This document shows, piece after piece, positions 1 through 14,300 of a stretch of 64,000 bases of DNA; position 1 is the stretch's first letter; each line of letters starts with the position of its first letter. This DNA comes from Eledone cirrhosa (Eukaryota): assembly GCA_964016885.1 (NCBI GenBank), contig OZ024756.1, positions 4,154,001-4,218,000 of the forward strand, read 5' to 3'. The notes below the pieces were generated by a model that searched no databases, was not told where the DNA came from, and worked only from the letters and a program-made list of their open reading frames with translations. The position numbers and the translations under genes are program-made.

Positions 1-59
1 ATCAAATTCATTTACATCACTTAGGAGAAGAGGATCGAAACGAGAGCCGTTCAGACATT

Positions 60-402
<343 letters not shown>

Positions 403-899
403 ATCTCTCCTCTCATAAACATAGCGGTCGAGCTTTTTTGCCTTTCACTCAGCAATTGTTTCTGAACGTGTTTTTAACAATAGACAGTGCTGCGAAATAA
501 AATTGTGCAGTTAAGGAGTGCTAAAAGTCGTATTTCCAAGTTAATCTCACAACCATTTCAGTCGGATGGATCATTGGGAAAAGAAAAACGGAAAACGGAA
601 AACGAAAAACGGAAAACGAAAACCAAAAATGTAAACATGAAAGAAAAAAAAAAAAAACGTACCAAGATATTTAAATACATTAAAAAAATTAGGGTTGATA
701 TGAAGAATAATGGATTAGTTATCGTTATTTGGCGTGGATATAGAGCAGTTTATTATTTTTTCCTAATATAGGTAAACAAGGAATCGTTAGAGAAATGATT
801 TGGAGCAGAGAGCTATGTTAACAGAATCTTAAATATACATAGTGTTGAATGGCGGGAAATGATAAAGGTTATATGAGTATTTTAAACGATGTAAGTCTT

Positions 900-1245
900 A
901 CTGGATATTAGAATTTAGAAGTACTACTGTCTGTTTCAAGAATATTCTTCCAAAAGTTAAACGGTAAATATGAGTATAATTTATATTGATGATATTTGTT
1001 TGGATGAACTGTAAGAAGTATTAATGTAAAAAAAAAAAACAAAAAAAAAAAGAAACGGTGACCTGTGTGAAATCGCCGTCCCTCGGGGCCATATATTCTC
1101 CATCTTGTGGCTGGGACCAAGAGGTGGAGGGTAAGTTAGTTGGGGATGGTGTATACTCGTTTGGACGTTACATACGCTCATGTGTTTAAATGTCGTGAAT
1201 ATAAATAATTTGGGTATGTCTTGATACACTGCAGGACGTTCGTAC
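900..1245 (-). mobile_element. Possible highly decayed Tc1/mariner transposase C-terminal remnant
   Basis: Minus-strand peptides HHPQLTYPPPLGPS and GRRFH..FWKNILE loosely echo mariner HPPYSPDLAPSD and LRGKRF..RWxKC; frameshifted. Confidence 0.3.
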
Positions 1246-1589
1246 ATACGCACATACTCGCACACACAAATGCACACACACACATAAACAAATACACACA
1301 CAAATGCGCACACACACACATAAACAAATACACACACAAATGCGCACACACATATAAACAAATACGCACACACACACACACATACAAACAAATACACACA
1401 CAAATGCGCACGCATACACACACAAACATACACACAAATACACACACATATAAACAAATACGCGCACACGCACAAACAAATACACACACAAACATAAGCA
1501 AATACACACACAAATGTGCTACACACACATATACACACACAAATAGACACATATAAACAAATACACACACACATACATATACGAACAAA

Positions 1590-1658
<69 letters not shown>

Positions 1659-2009
1659 ACCCATACACATACACAAAAGATGCAATTGAATATCTTATCC
1701 TCCAGGGAAGTAGAGGGGTTCACCTAGCTACCTAGGTAAATAAAGGAGTTCACACACTTCAGACCCTAAGGAGCATCAGCACCAACCGACCACCCAATAA
1801 AAACAACATTGTTTTACAAAATTGCTTGGTACCAGTTATTACTGACGAAAGGTCAGGAAATTTCTAGAAATTCTAACTTAATTTCACAGAAAATCGAATT
1901 TTGTTGTTGCATTGTGTAAATATTTGATATAAGGGAGGTAATATAGAAACTATGGACATGGTTTAGATATGTTATACCTTATTATGTTGCAAATCAGGTA
2001 AAACATATA

Positions 2010-2225
2010 AACTAGCCACCTAACAAACGACCGAGCAACCAACCAGCCCATCAAGCAAGTAAGCAAGCAACTAGCCAGTCAACGAGCCAACCAACCAATC
2101 AGCCAACCAAACAACCAATCTACCAACCAACTAATCAACCAACCAACTAACCAGTCAACCAATCAACCACGCAACCAACCACCCTACCAGCCAGCCAACC
2201 AACCACACAACCAAACAACCAACAA
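2010..2225. repeat. Degenerate (ACCA)n tetranucleotide repeat
   Basis: aacc/acca runs. Confidence 0.85.
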
Positions 2226-2252
2226 ATGAACATCAGTATTCTCCCTGTATGA

Positions 2253-2368
2253 TCTGAGTTCAAATCCCGCCGAGGTTAACTTTGCCTTTCATCCTTCCGG
2301 GGTCGATAGAATAAAGTACCAGTAATGCATTGGGTGATTGCTGGCCTTGTGCCAAAAGTAGAAACAAG

Positions 2369-2372
<4 letters not shown>
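2253..2372 (+). mobile_element. tRNA-derived SINE family A, 5'-truncated
   Basis: B-box GAGTTCAAATC plus conserved body gcctttcatccttccggggtcgat..agtaccag (resembles the Meta-SINE domain from memory) and tail gtagaaacaa. Confidence 0.85.
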
Positions 2373-2440
<68 letters not shown>

Positions 2441-2588
2441 TTAGTTATACTATTTATGGTTATGTAAATACAAGACCTTAAGCAGTTGTAAGTATTTTAA
2501 TGTTTGAATATGTATCAATGTTTGAATATGTATTGGTATGTCTCTCGGCTGAAAAGGAGGTCATATAACTGTCCATGCATTAATAAAT

Positions 2589-2635
2589 TGCTCCGAAGAA
2601 TCCAAACCTCGGTTTGGAGGAAACAGCTGTAAGCA
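2589..2635 (+). ncRNA. Minimal type I hammerhead ribozyme motif (U4C core variant)
   Basis: Stem I TGCT/AGCA; CCGAAGA; stem II TCCAAACC/GGTTTGGA; GAAA; palindromic stem III ACAGCTGT; GUA site. Confidence 0.7.
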
Positions 2636-2666
2636 CAATAATGTTTTGAACAGTTCTTTGATTCTT

Positions 2667-2756
<90 letters not shown>

Positions 2757-2757
<1 letters not shown>

Positions 2758-2950
2758 CGAAGGAAATGTGGTAAGGGACCAGGTGGACCATAACGCACCA
2801 AAGTACTCAATACTTGAGGTAGTAGAGTGGGTAATAGGAACCAGTAAGACCCCGACAGCTGAGCTCAAGCCGTTTCGACGGCTAATTCTGGACTCCAGAA
2901 TTAGCCGTCGAAACGGCTTGAGCTCAGCTGTCGGGGTCTTACTGGTTCCT
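2757..2950. mobile_element. Short fold-back element family F1 in (TA)n
   Basis: ~80-bp unique tail plus ~57-bp inverted repeat (taggaacc..ctgga / tccag..ggttccta); TA tracts on both sides; 7 copies in the window. Confidence 0.9.
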
Positions 2951-3430
2951 ATATATATATATATATGGATTGAGTGGGACGAGGCTATGTGGTTACTGAT
3001 AACGAGTGTTAGAAAGTAAAGGAACACAAACAAGACATGGACATTTTCCCTTCATCAGTTGTCTACTATGGGTCGCAGATGTTTCAGCGACGGCGGTGGC
3101 GACGGTCTTGGTGGTGTTGGTGGTAGTGATGGTGGTGGAGTGTGTGGTGGTGGTGGTGTTGGCGGTAGTGATGGAGGGGTGGGTGCTGGCGACGGCGGTG
3201 GCGGTGGTAGTTGGTTAGGTGGGGAGAAATTAGTACAAGAGGAATAAGACATAAATAGACAACAAACCTGATATTTGTGGGTAGAAAAGTGTGAAGGGTT
3301 GAGCTAAGTTGATGAGGTTAAACTGTTAAATAAAGATCTTTCAAGACGATGTTAGAAACCACCTGGAACAACTGCCATTTTGTCTTTGAATTTGGGATTA
3401 TTATTTGTTGTAGAGAGAGATGTATAAGTA

Positions 3431-3510
<80 letters not shown>

Positions 3511-3729
3511 CTTATACATATATGTACATATATATGTGTGTATATATGTATATATGTACATATATATGTATGTACATATATATGTGTGTGTATATATATA
3601 TATATATATATAAATGTACTTAACTCATCATGTCTCTTTACAATGGCTTTCTGTTGACCGTTTCAAACCCTTTCTTTTTCCACTCCCTCCCCAAATACAC
3701 ACACACACACAGACATATATATATGTATA

Positions 3730-3781
<52 letters not shown>

Positions 3782-4177
3782 TGCACGCACACATATGTGT
3801 GTGTGTATGTGTATACATATATATACATATATATACGTGTGTGTGTGTATAAACACACCAGGCATTGGGCATGTCCCTCTTTCCTACTTCACATTCACCG
3901 TTGCTGTACAGTGCTAATCCCTTTCTCCTTCTCTATACCCCCCCTCTCCTCCTGTATTATACCATCTCCCCACAATTCTCACAACTACGGCCAGGCGGGG
4001 AACCCCCGAAACAAATTTTAAGTCAAAATCTTTTTAGCCATGACTTAAAATAACAATCACAGTTGCAGTGTATGTAGGGAAAGCTCTCAACTAAATGGAG
4101 GCTGATGATTAAATGACTCACAGCTAAACAGCACCACTTAGTGGCGAGTGTATGTACATTTGTTCAACGGGCAGTAT

Positions 4178-4182
4178 AGTAA

Positions 4183-4257
<75 letters not shown>

Positions 4258-4305
4258 CAGCAGAATCAGTAGTAGTAGTAGCAGAATTAGTAGTAGTAGT
4301 AGTAA

Positions 4306-4368
<63 letters not shown>

Positions 4369-4380
4369 CAGCAGCAGAAT

Positions 4381-4419
<39 letters not shown>

Positions 4420-4425
4420 CAGAAT

Positions 4426-4472
<47 letters not shown>

Positions 4473-4473
4473 A

Positions 4474-4523
<50 letters not shown>

Positions 4524-4537
4524 ATCGTAGTAGTAGC

Positions 4538-4572
<35 letters not shown>

Positions 4573-4641
4573 AATCAGTAGTAGTAGCAGAATTAGTAGT
4601 AATAGTAGTGGTAGTAGTAGTAGTAGTAGCAGTAGTAGTAG

Positions 4642-4677
<36 letters not shown>

Positions 4678-4684
4678 CAGCAGT

Positions 4685-4739
<55 letters not shown>

Positions 4740-4839
4740 ATAGCAGAATTAGTAGTAGTAGTCGTAGTAGTAGTAGTCGTAGTAATAGTAGTAGTAGTAG
4801 TCGTAGTAGTAGTAGTAATAGTAGTAGTAGTCGTAGTAA

Positions 4840-4889
<50 letters not shown>

Positions 4890-5007
4890 ATAGTAGTAGT
4901 AGTAGTCGTAGTAGTAGTAGTAATAGTAGTAGTAGTAGTCGTAGTAGTAGTAGTAATAGTAGTAGTAGTCGTAGTAGTAGTAGTAATAGTAGTAGTAGTC
5001 GTAGTAA

Positions 5008-5048
<41 letters not shown>

Positions 5049-5070
5049 ATAGTAGTAGTAGTAGTAGTAA

Positions 5071-5113
<43 letters not shown>

Positions 5114-5215
5114 AGTAGTAGTAGTAGTCGTAGTAATAGTAGTAGTAGTAGTCGTAGTAATAGTAGTAGTAGTAGTAGTAGTAGTAATAGTAGTAGTAGT
5201 AGTAGTAGTAGTAGT
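4178..5215. repeat. ~1-kb (TAG)n microsatellite with recurrent variants (cagaattag, taa, tcg)
   Basis: Direct reading. Confidence 0.97.
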
Positions 5216-5429
5216 TTGGGTTGTTGTTGTGTCACTACAGGCCAACAACAGTGAGGACGTCGTTGGCTTGTTGAAGCCTTTTTCTACATAAACTTCTCTC
5301 TTCACCCTACACATGTATTGAGTACCTTATTTACTGTGGTTACCCCCGACTCGAGTCGGAATCTACTTATCACACACACACACATATATATATGTATATA
5401 AATATATATATATAACATTAATAAAGATG

Positions 5430-5602
5430 TTGATGTTGGGTTGAACGGCATGCTTTGACGCATAGAGTTACGGCCCTTGCCATTCTGAGTTCAAATCCCG
5501 CCGAGGTTAACTTTGCCTTTCATCCTTACGGGGTCGATAAAATAAAGTACCAGTAATGCACTGGGTAATTACTGGCCTTGTGCCAAAAGTAGAAACAATT
5601 AT
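5430..5602 (+). mobile_element. SINE family A
   Basis: B-box, body and gtagaaacaatta tail. Confidence 0.85.
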
Positions 5603-5810
5603 AATTATTTCAACGGTTCTCCCATGCAATCAAGATGTAATTCATGCATTTGTTGTTGTTATGACAACGGTATCTATAGATGAAATTTGATTTAGTGATA
5701 TGCTGCCTGCAGGAAAAAGAACCACACGTCCTTCTGCTCGTGTGTCCAGCAGACACACACACACACACATACACACACACACACGCACACGCGCGCACAC
5801 ACACACACAC

Positions 5811-5914
<104 letters not shown>

Positions 5915-5917
5915 TTG

Positions 5918-6045
5918 GGAAGTGGTTAAAGAATTGGCTTCACAATCATGAGGTTGTGAGTTCTGTAACTATGTTAATCCTTTGTTAGATATTTCATGAT
6001 TTGTTATGTCCTTGAGCAAGACACTTTATTTCACGTTGCTTCTTC
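5918..6045 (+). mobile_element. CORE-like tRNA SINE 5' fragment
   Basis: tRNA-like head and ccttgagcaagacactttatttcacgttgct, matching the reverse complement of the 11.2 kb and 14.2 kb copies. Confidence 0.6.
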
Positions 6046-6121
6046 TAACTGGAGTTGCGACCGATAGATAGTTTTTGGAAAGTAATTGGAAGGAGCGATG
6101 GAAACATACGACTGTCGACGT

Positions 6122-6506
6122 ATATAACATTTGAAGTTTGAAAGCCACGACAAAGCGAAATTGACGAATAAGTAAATAAGACGAAACAAGATGTTATGTG
6201 TTACCTTATTTATTTATATGTCCTTATATTTCAGATAAAATCTCTTCTTCTGAGAGAAATAGCAAGGCACTAGACACATTATATCGATAACAGGGTATGA
6301 CACGTTTCACCGAATCCAGACTTGTCCCTTGCTAGAACTGTCCCGAAGAAGAGATTTTATCTCGAAATATCAGTATATACAAATAAATAAATAATACATA
6401 GCATCTTATTTCGACTTATTTCCTTATTCGTCCATTTTGCATTGTCGTTGCTCTCAAACTTCAAATGTTATAAACCATACGTAATGCTTCAAGCAAACTA
6501 CATCTT

Positions 6507-6510
<4 letters not shown>
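6122..6510. mobile_element. Old fold-back element with degenerate HHR-like core
   Basis: Diverged inverted arms ~6122-6250 and ~6345-6472; ccgaaga-agagat ttt atctc-gaaa at 6343-6367. Confidence 0.6.
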
Positions 6511-6557
<47 letters not shown>

Positions 6558-6743
6558 ATTAATACATCTACCAACATATGCGTACAGATGTACACTAATA
6601 CTAGTAAATATATAAGTTATGTCAAAGTACCTAGGTGGTTCAATGCAGGGGGATGCAGAACAATTATATGAAAGACGTAAAATAAGAAAATTTTAAAAAT
6701 TAAAAATTAACTTACTTACTAAAATTTTCACTCCATATAATTT

Positions 6744-6808
<65 letters not shown>

Positions 6809-6841
6809 GTAACCCATTTGCAACGCCGCAGCTCCATTATT

Positions 6842-6908
<67 letters not shown>

Positions 6909-6914
<6 letters not shown>

Positions 6915-7120
6915 ATACTTTGGGAGGGTTATGCTGCCAATAACAACACACACACCTGTTGGTTTTCACTTCAATTTACTATAAATATCCGGTTGGTTGC
7001 TTGGTTCAACAACCGGAAGGTTGTTTATATATCGTCAAAACTCATTCGTCACACATTCTGTGACTTCCTCAGTAACTAGGTTTTTATTTTGTGTCTCTCT
7101 TTTCTTCTGTTCTACAACGT
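6909..7120 (-). mobile_element. Solo PLE-type terminal repeat related to the 37.0-37.6 kb element
   Basis: tattgttatactttgggaggg start; decayed HHR stem II gtcacacattctgtgac. Confidence 0.7.
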
Positions 7121-7159
7121 ATATATATGGTAGTGACGCATACGTATTGAGGATATAAC

Positions 7160-7249
<90 letters not shown>

Positions 7250-7252
<3 letters not shown>

Positions 7253-7481
7253 AACGAGTAGGACCCCGACGGCTGAGCTCAAGCCGTTTCGACGGCTAAT
7301 TCTGGACTAAAAAAAAAAAATGATTTTTTTTTTTTTTTTTTTTTAGTCCAGAATTAGCCGTCGAAACGGCTTGAGCTCAGCCGTCGGGGTCCTACTCGTT
7401 CCTATTACCCACTCTACTACCCTAAGTATTGAGTACTTTGGTGCGTTATGGTCCACCTGGTTCCTTACCACATTTCCTTCG

Positions 7482-7482
<1 letters not shown>
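7250..7482. mobile_element. Fold-back family F1 copy with A12/T19 spacer
   Basis: Same arms as 2757-2950 with the tail on the right; in (TA)n. Confidence 0.9.
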
Positions 7483-7544
<62 letters not shown>

Positions 7545-7569
7545 CAACATATATATAATATATAATGAA

Positions 7570-8409
7570 ATTATTGTGTAAAGTGCTCAGGTGCACTACA
7601 ACTCGTCAATATAGTACATAGAATAATACACAAATGTCAGGGAAGTACATGTGTGTATGTGTTAGCTGTAGTGTTGGCGGATCTCGGGAAGCATGGAGGC
7701 CTTAAAGGATGCAGTGTCTCGACAGCTAACAACTGATGCAGGTAGTTTGTTCCATGCTTCAGCAACTCTGAGCGTGAAAAAATGTTTCAGAAAGTCATGG
7801 GAACTGTGCTGTTTTCTTACTTTGTGGGCATGTCCAGTTGTGTTAGACACATGGAAATCAAAAAGGTATTCAGGGTTGTTGTTGGCAACATGGTTAACAA
7901 TTTTGTGGGTGTTTACCAAGTCAGTTGCCAGGCGTCGGAGCTTCAATGAATCCATGCCCAGGGAAGCAAGGCGCTCAGAGTATGGTAGATGCCTGATGGA
8001 GAGTATTCGCTTGGTTGCACGTCTCTGAACAGTTTCCAGGCGGTCAATGTCCAGAGCAAGATAGGGGTTCCAGACTGGCGATGCAAATTCTAAGTGTGGT
8101 CGCACCATAGCTGTATACAGCCTTAAATAGATATCTGGAGAGCGGCTGACAAAGGTCTTGCTGAGTGATGCTAAGACACCCTCGGCGCTCTTGACAATTT
8201 TAGAGACGTGCCTCGTCCAACGCAAATCGCTGCTGACCGTAATGCCCAGGTCACGTTCACAGGAAGACTTCTTGATATTAGTGCTGTGGAGGGAGTATGT
8301 GGACGCTGGGTTTTTACTCCCAAAATGCATGGTGGTGCACTTGTCCACAGCTAGCTTGAGTTGCCAGTCTGAGATCCATTGTTGCATTGTGTCCAGGTCA
8401 GACTGCAAG

Positions 8410-8411
<2 letters not shown>
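7570..8411 (-). mobile_element. 5'-truncated CR1/L2-group LINE (RT C-terminus and 3' end)
   Basis: ORF 7662-8408: QSDLD..W..WQLKLAVDKC..MHFG, ERDLGI, LYTAMVRPHLEFASPVWNP, RLETVQRRATK, HFFTLRVAEAWNKLP; flanked by (TA)n. Confidence 0.92.
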
Positions 8412-8442
<31 letters not shown>

Positions 8443-8446
<4 letters not shown>

Positions 8447-8763
8447 AAGTAATTCCATCGGAAAAGTCCAGGAAAAAAGAGTGCTCTATGTAAGCAACAG
8501 AGCTTAATTATTATTATTATGTAATAAACAACATAAGGCAATTATTCCATTTACCAGTGGTTTCTTAAAAGCAAAAGGTTTTGCTTTCAATCCTCAGAAT
8601 GAAAAATCCTGGTTTGTTTATTGAATATGGATTCTAAAAACCTAGAATCCATATTCAATAAACAAACCAGGATTTTTCATTCTGAGGATTGAAAGCAAAA
8701 CCTTTTGCTTTTAAGAAACCACTGGTAAATGGAATAATTGCCTTATGTTGTTTATTACATAAT

Positions 8764-8769
<6 letters not shown>
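8443..8769. mobile_element. Fold-back element with a hammerhead in each arm
   Basis: Near-perfect ~125-bp inverted repeat 8510-8636 / 8643-8769 plus left tail 8443-8509; the tail recurs inverted at ~24660-24720. Confidence 0.9.
8677..8732 (+). ncRNA. Minimal type I hammerhead ribozyme (mirror copy 8547-8602, minus)
   Basis: Stem I CATT/AATG; CTGAGGA; stem II TTGAAAGCAAAA/TTTTGCTTTTAA; GAAA; stem III ACCA-C-TGGT; GUA site. Confidence 0.8.
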
Positions 8770-8809
<40 letters not shown>

Positions 8810-9027
8810 AACCCTTCTCTTTACCTTAAACGTTAAGATGAAAGACACGTAGCTTAGTGGTTAGTGTGTACGTATCCAGGATCGAGCAACGCGTTGTAAT
8901 CCAACAATCAACATTATGTCGGGAGGGAGTGTAACTTTATGGTATACATCTCCCATATCTTCTGACTAACTTCGTTAAATATAAACAAAAATATACAGAA
9001 TTAAATTAAAATATAAATGTTTATATT

Positions 9028-9089
<62 letters not shown>

Positions 9090-9091
9090 TA

Positions 9092-9195
<104 letters not shown>

Positions 9196-9716
9196 TGTGT
9201 GTGTGTATATGTATAAACGTTTTACTCTTAGATTGCAGAAATTCTTTAGAAAAATTTAATATTTAATGAGAAAATTTCGAGAGAATCGGCTGGTTTCATA
9301 GGATTATGGTTAATAAAAGCTACATGTTACACCATTCCTCGGTTACAGCACATCAATTACAGAAAGGCAAACCTCGCGAGATGTATCCAATTCTCCTGCG
9401 TATTTCAATGCATACAGCATATGTTGAGCATGGAAAGTAAAGATCACTTCAAAAGGAAAAATATGGAAGGGATTTATGGTCTAACAACCTGATCTACGCC
9501 AAAAATACCTGTTTCCGATTTTTCCCTTGTGAAACGAGAGCAGTTCTGTGAATAAAAATATGCATCCATACCCTTATACGCAACCACACGGCGCACGTGC
9601 GCATATGCTCACATGAATGAGCACATACATATATATACAAACCACGAACAGATGTATACATACACACACAGACAGACAAGTTTATATTTCAACACGTGTT
9701 TGCATATATATATATA

Positions 9717-9764
<48 letters not shown>

Positions 9765-9859
9765 TATATATGTATGTATACATGTATGTATGTATGTATG
9801 TATGTATAAGATATCATAAACACTATTTCGAATGTATGTTAAAGTATGTTTTATATATT

Positions 9860-10335
9860 GTATATGGGGCGAAAGAACTCATAAGAGTCAACAGCCATCT
9901 AAAAGTGTGTAAATATGTATATACACATGTACATATGTATGTATATGTATATGTGTATATACATGGGTGCATGCGTATGTATATGCGCGTGGACATAGAA
10001 ATAGTCGGGCTGGACACCCGATCGCGCGGTTAAACCCCTGGGAGTGAAGGACCCCTAGCCTTTGTCAGGGCATTCTTCTAAGAGAAGGCAACTCATGAAA
10101 CTGGGATAACTCTGATATAAAACCTGCGTCTCAGTAGTTACCGATGATGTTGATCTTTTCTTCTTTTCGGGTTATAGCTAGTGTCGCTCAGAGAGTGGGA
10201 TTGGCTCAGTGCACATTCTTTCCTCACTTTAAAAAATATCTTCACGCACAGGCATTGCACGATAGAATTAATTAATAATTATTAATAATGGTATATCGTG
10301 CAATGTCCATACTCGATAACGAGGGGGCAGCCATC
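9860..10335. mobile_element. Non-autonomous retroposon-like repeat with 54-bp flanking direct repeat
   Basis: Highly similar to ~43400-43830; 9806-9859 is duplicated at 10336-10389. Confidence 0.8.
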
Positions 10336-10739
10336 ATAAGATATCATAAACACTATTTCGAATGTATGTTAAAGTATGTTTTATATATTTTATATGATAT
10401 GCATATGTATGCATCTATAGATTTATAAGCATATATGACGGCCGGATTTCATAGCCTTCCTTTCCCCCCTCATCATCATCATCATCATCATCATCGTAAA
10501 AACCACCTATTCGATATACCAACTTACTTTACCTCAAATTACATTGTAGCGCCTTGAAAACTGAGGTACACATTGGATAATGTACTCCTATATATACAAT
10601 GTCATAGAGATGGATAGGGTGGTCATTTTACCATACCATAGTTCTGACCTGGTACTAAACAGCAATGAAAATATTAGCAACAGTATCAGCAATAACAACA
10701 ACAACGACAACTGAACTTTTCCCTTTGTCTTTTGAATAT

Positions 10740-10880
10740 ACGTACAGTTCCTCTGACGGGCTTCCATACAATCCCCACCTACCAAATTTCAAGCACAAAG
10801 CGTAAATCGACTCAAGGCTATGATATTGAGGCCCAAGATGCCACATTGTGGGATTGAACCTAGGACCTAACTATTGCGAA
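10740..10880 (-). mobile_element. Diverged tRNA-SINE fragment (family related to ~62720-62870)
   Basis: gggattgaacc (reverse B-box) and body similarity. Confidence 0.45.
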
Positions 10881-11004
10881 GCGATCTTATTACATATTCG
10901 GCCCTGCTGCAGCCACGACATTGATTCTCTCAGCATCTAATAGGAAAAAAAAAAAACATTTGTCCAACCGCCACCATAATGGCCTCTGCTCTTGTGAACT
11001 TAAT

Positions 11005-11315
11005 GAACCCCTTAGGTCATGAATGACCATGGGATTTTCACCTAGAAAGTACCCCTCTGAGGCATAAGTCCCGGCAAGATTGTTTGTGGAAGGCCAGCAG
11101 TCACCCATGTATACCAGTCTCTCCTCTCCACGCCATCGATGTTGTCCAAGAGAATGGCAATGGCCGATACAGCTTGGCTCCAGTGACATCACAACTCCTT
11201 TCTATAGCTGACTGAATTGGAGCAACGTGAAATAAATTATCTTGCTCAAGCCCGGTCCGAGAATCGAACTCACAACGTCACGATTGTAGAACCGACGTTG
11301 TAACAATTCAGCCAT
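11005..11315 (-). mobile_element. CORE-like tRNA SINE family B
   Basis: gagaatcgaactc reverse B-box, CORE-like segment; second copy 13975-14300. Confidence 0.75.
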
Positions 11316-11896
11316 ACTCTTCTAAACTAGAAATCTGTTAAACGAACTTCATCGAATGCTCACCTTGCTTATCTGCCTTTGATCCACTAAATATATTTAA
11401 GCTGTCTCAAGCTTCAAAGACCTACTTAGCGCAACAAACTGCTGAATTCTGAAGCACTGATTATTTTCTTATAGGGATAAATCTAAAACATTTAAATTGC
11501 CACAGGAACCATTCTCATGTGTTCAAGAGGATCTGCATATCTTAATACTCAACATGCTAGATAGATTGCAATTTAATCAATGCTGAAACTACAAGTAAAA
11601 CCTCGGAGTTTTCATTTCCAATAACCATTGACCTTATCTGATCTTTCGGTTCTTTGGTGATCGTTAAAGATTTGTATACACTATCACTCCCCTCTACGTT
11701 TTCGTTCATTTTTCGTCTCGTTCCTCATCCTATGAAATACGCCAAGAGAGAGTTTAACTGTCTCAATAAACATTCTGGAACCTAATGGACAGGGATTTCA
11801 TTCGACGACTGATGACCAAAGAGATTTCGTCTACATAACAATCTATCTCACGTATTCTTCTAACCATCTCCATTCCTGTACCGTTACCTGCAATTG

Positions 11897-11931
<35 letters not shown>

Positions 11932-12001
11932 CACTCTCTTTTTGTGTGTGTATATATATATATGCATATATATATACATATATATTTACATAATATATAT
12001 A

Positions 12002-12071
<70 letters not shown>

Positions 12072-12220
12072 TTGTTTAAGCGTCAGTCATACAAAAGTGA
12101 GTTACAAACGAAACGAAATTTAATTTCGTTTCGTTATTTGTTTTTATATATATATATATATATATATAAATATATACATATATATGTGTATATAATATAA
12201 ATAAATATATATGCATATAC

Positions 12221-12252
<32 letters not shown>

Positions 12253-12269
12253 GTATATATATATATATC

Positions 12270-12300
<31 letters not shown>

Positions 12301-12302
<2 letters not shown>

Positions 12303-12429
12303 GCAGAGGTTATATTTAATTTGTTGCGATTCAACAAGCATAAACATTTTTTTATAACTGATATAAAGCACTCAACAGTTTAGTGGAGTAAATATACAAT
12401 ATATTAATAGATTAATATTAATATATTGC
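12301..12429. mobile_element. Minimal fold-back insertion (tail plus tiny hairpin) related to the 35.0 kb element
   Basis: Tail atgcag..ttataactgatataaagcact..tggagta matches 35002-35090; caatatattaat / attaatatattg hairpin. Confidence 0.65.
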
Positions 12430-12433
12430 ACAC

Positions 12434-12465
<32 letters not shown>

Positions 12466-12486
12466 ATATATATACATATGTATATG

Positions 12487-12548
<62 letters not shown>

Positions 12549-13082
12549 TATATATATGGTGTGTGCGTGTGTTTGTTTGTATCTGCCCGGTGAAAAAAGA
12601 AAGTGGTACATGTTGGAGCATGTGTGAGCCATCTGTTTCAAATAGAGAATTTATAACTGGCTGGCTTGCAGTTCTTGAAAATCAACGCGTCCTCCATCGC
12701 ATATGAAAGTGGTGGGGGTTATAGGAGAGATATTTCACATATGGCTAGGGGCAAGTAACTATTTAAGATGAGGAAAAAAAAAAATGAAATGAAATACTGA
12801 ACGAAACCTTATGGTATCTGGTATTCCTGTAAAATATAACCTATATAATGATTATCCCAAAACGGACACACACATGCACATACACACATATATGCACATA
12901 TACACATACACACACATATGCACAATCATAAACAAAGACATAAACAAACGCACACATCCATCCATCCACATACATATTTACATACATATATACATACGTA
13001 TATATAGAGATTCACGCCATGACATAACACGTTATGCAGACACTCACACACATGTAGACATATATATTTATGTATATGCATA

Positions 13083-13167
<85 letters not shown>

Positions 13168-13236
13168 GTATATATATATATATATATCTGTACATATAAA
13201 TATATGTATATGTATATATTCATACACGCACACATC

Positions 13237-13268
<32 letters not shown>

Positions 13269-13396
13269 CATATACTCAAACATATGTCTAAGCTTGAAAC
13301 ACACATGGTCTTACACCGCCATAGAGAATAATGCGCACACATTTACCGTCGTATGTAGCGCGCGCACACACACACACACACACAACACACACATAT

Positions 13397-13482
<86 letters not shown>

Positions 13483-13974
13483 GTATACAGGTGTCTAATA
13501 CATATGAATGCATACGCGCACTGACATATATAAAACATATCACCTACACACATTGACATACATTTATCTAGGTGTACAACAAACTACGAACCACTAGTTT
13601 GCCTCCCCATGGAGAGAATTTAACTTCAAGAATCTCAGTTACACCACGTGTTAGTAGTATCACAGCATATTGACCTTTCCCTGTAAACTCACCTTCTTCA
13701 TTTTGCCAAAATATTGCATCAAGGTGACCCCGTTTGTCGTCTTGAAAAATCCCCTTTCTAAAATATATTCGGTAGTTGTTGATTCATTTCTATCCCCACC
13801 TCTAGTATTCGCCGAGGTCATATGTGGGATTTTCCTGTCAGTTACCATCTTCTATAACTACCTATGGTTCAGTGGTATGATTAGTGTAATGAGGAACTAA
13901 AAATAGATGTTTTTACAATTCCTATCCTAATACAGACCCAATATTGTATCTATTCACAAAGTAAAGATCTCCTT

Positions 13975-14300
13975 CGGTTACGAATGACCATAGGATTTGC
14001 ACCTAGAAATTTTCCCTCCGAGGCACAAGTCCGGGCAAGGTTTGTTTCGTTGAAGACCATCAGTCGCCCCTGAATACCAGTCTCCCTTCTCTACGCCCTC
14101 GATGGTGTCCAAAGGAAAGGCAATGGCTGATGCAGCTTGGCACCAGTGACGTCGCAACTCATTTCTACAACTGAGTAAACTGAGGCAATGTGAAATAAAG
14201 TGGGAGAAATAAAGGACACAACGCATCACCCGGTCCGAGAATCGAACTCACAACCTTCTGATTGAAAGCCGAATGCTCTACCCACTGAGCGATGTGCCTT
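13975..14300 (-). mobile_element. CORE-like tRNA SINE family B
   Basis: Similar to 11005-11315. Confidence 0.75.

Noticed and set aside
4124-5314. Poly-Thr/Ser/Val/Leu ORFs (mucin-like)
   Set aside because: A pure (TAG)n repeat open in several frames, with no flanking domain or splice evidence.
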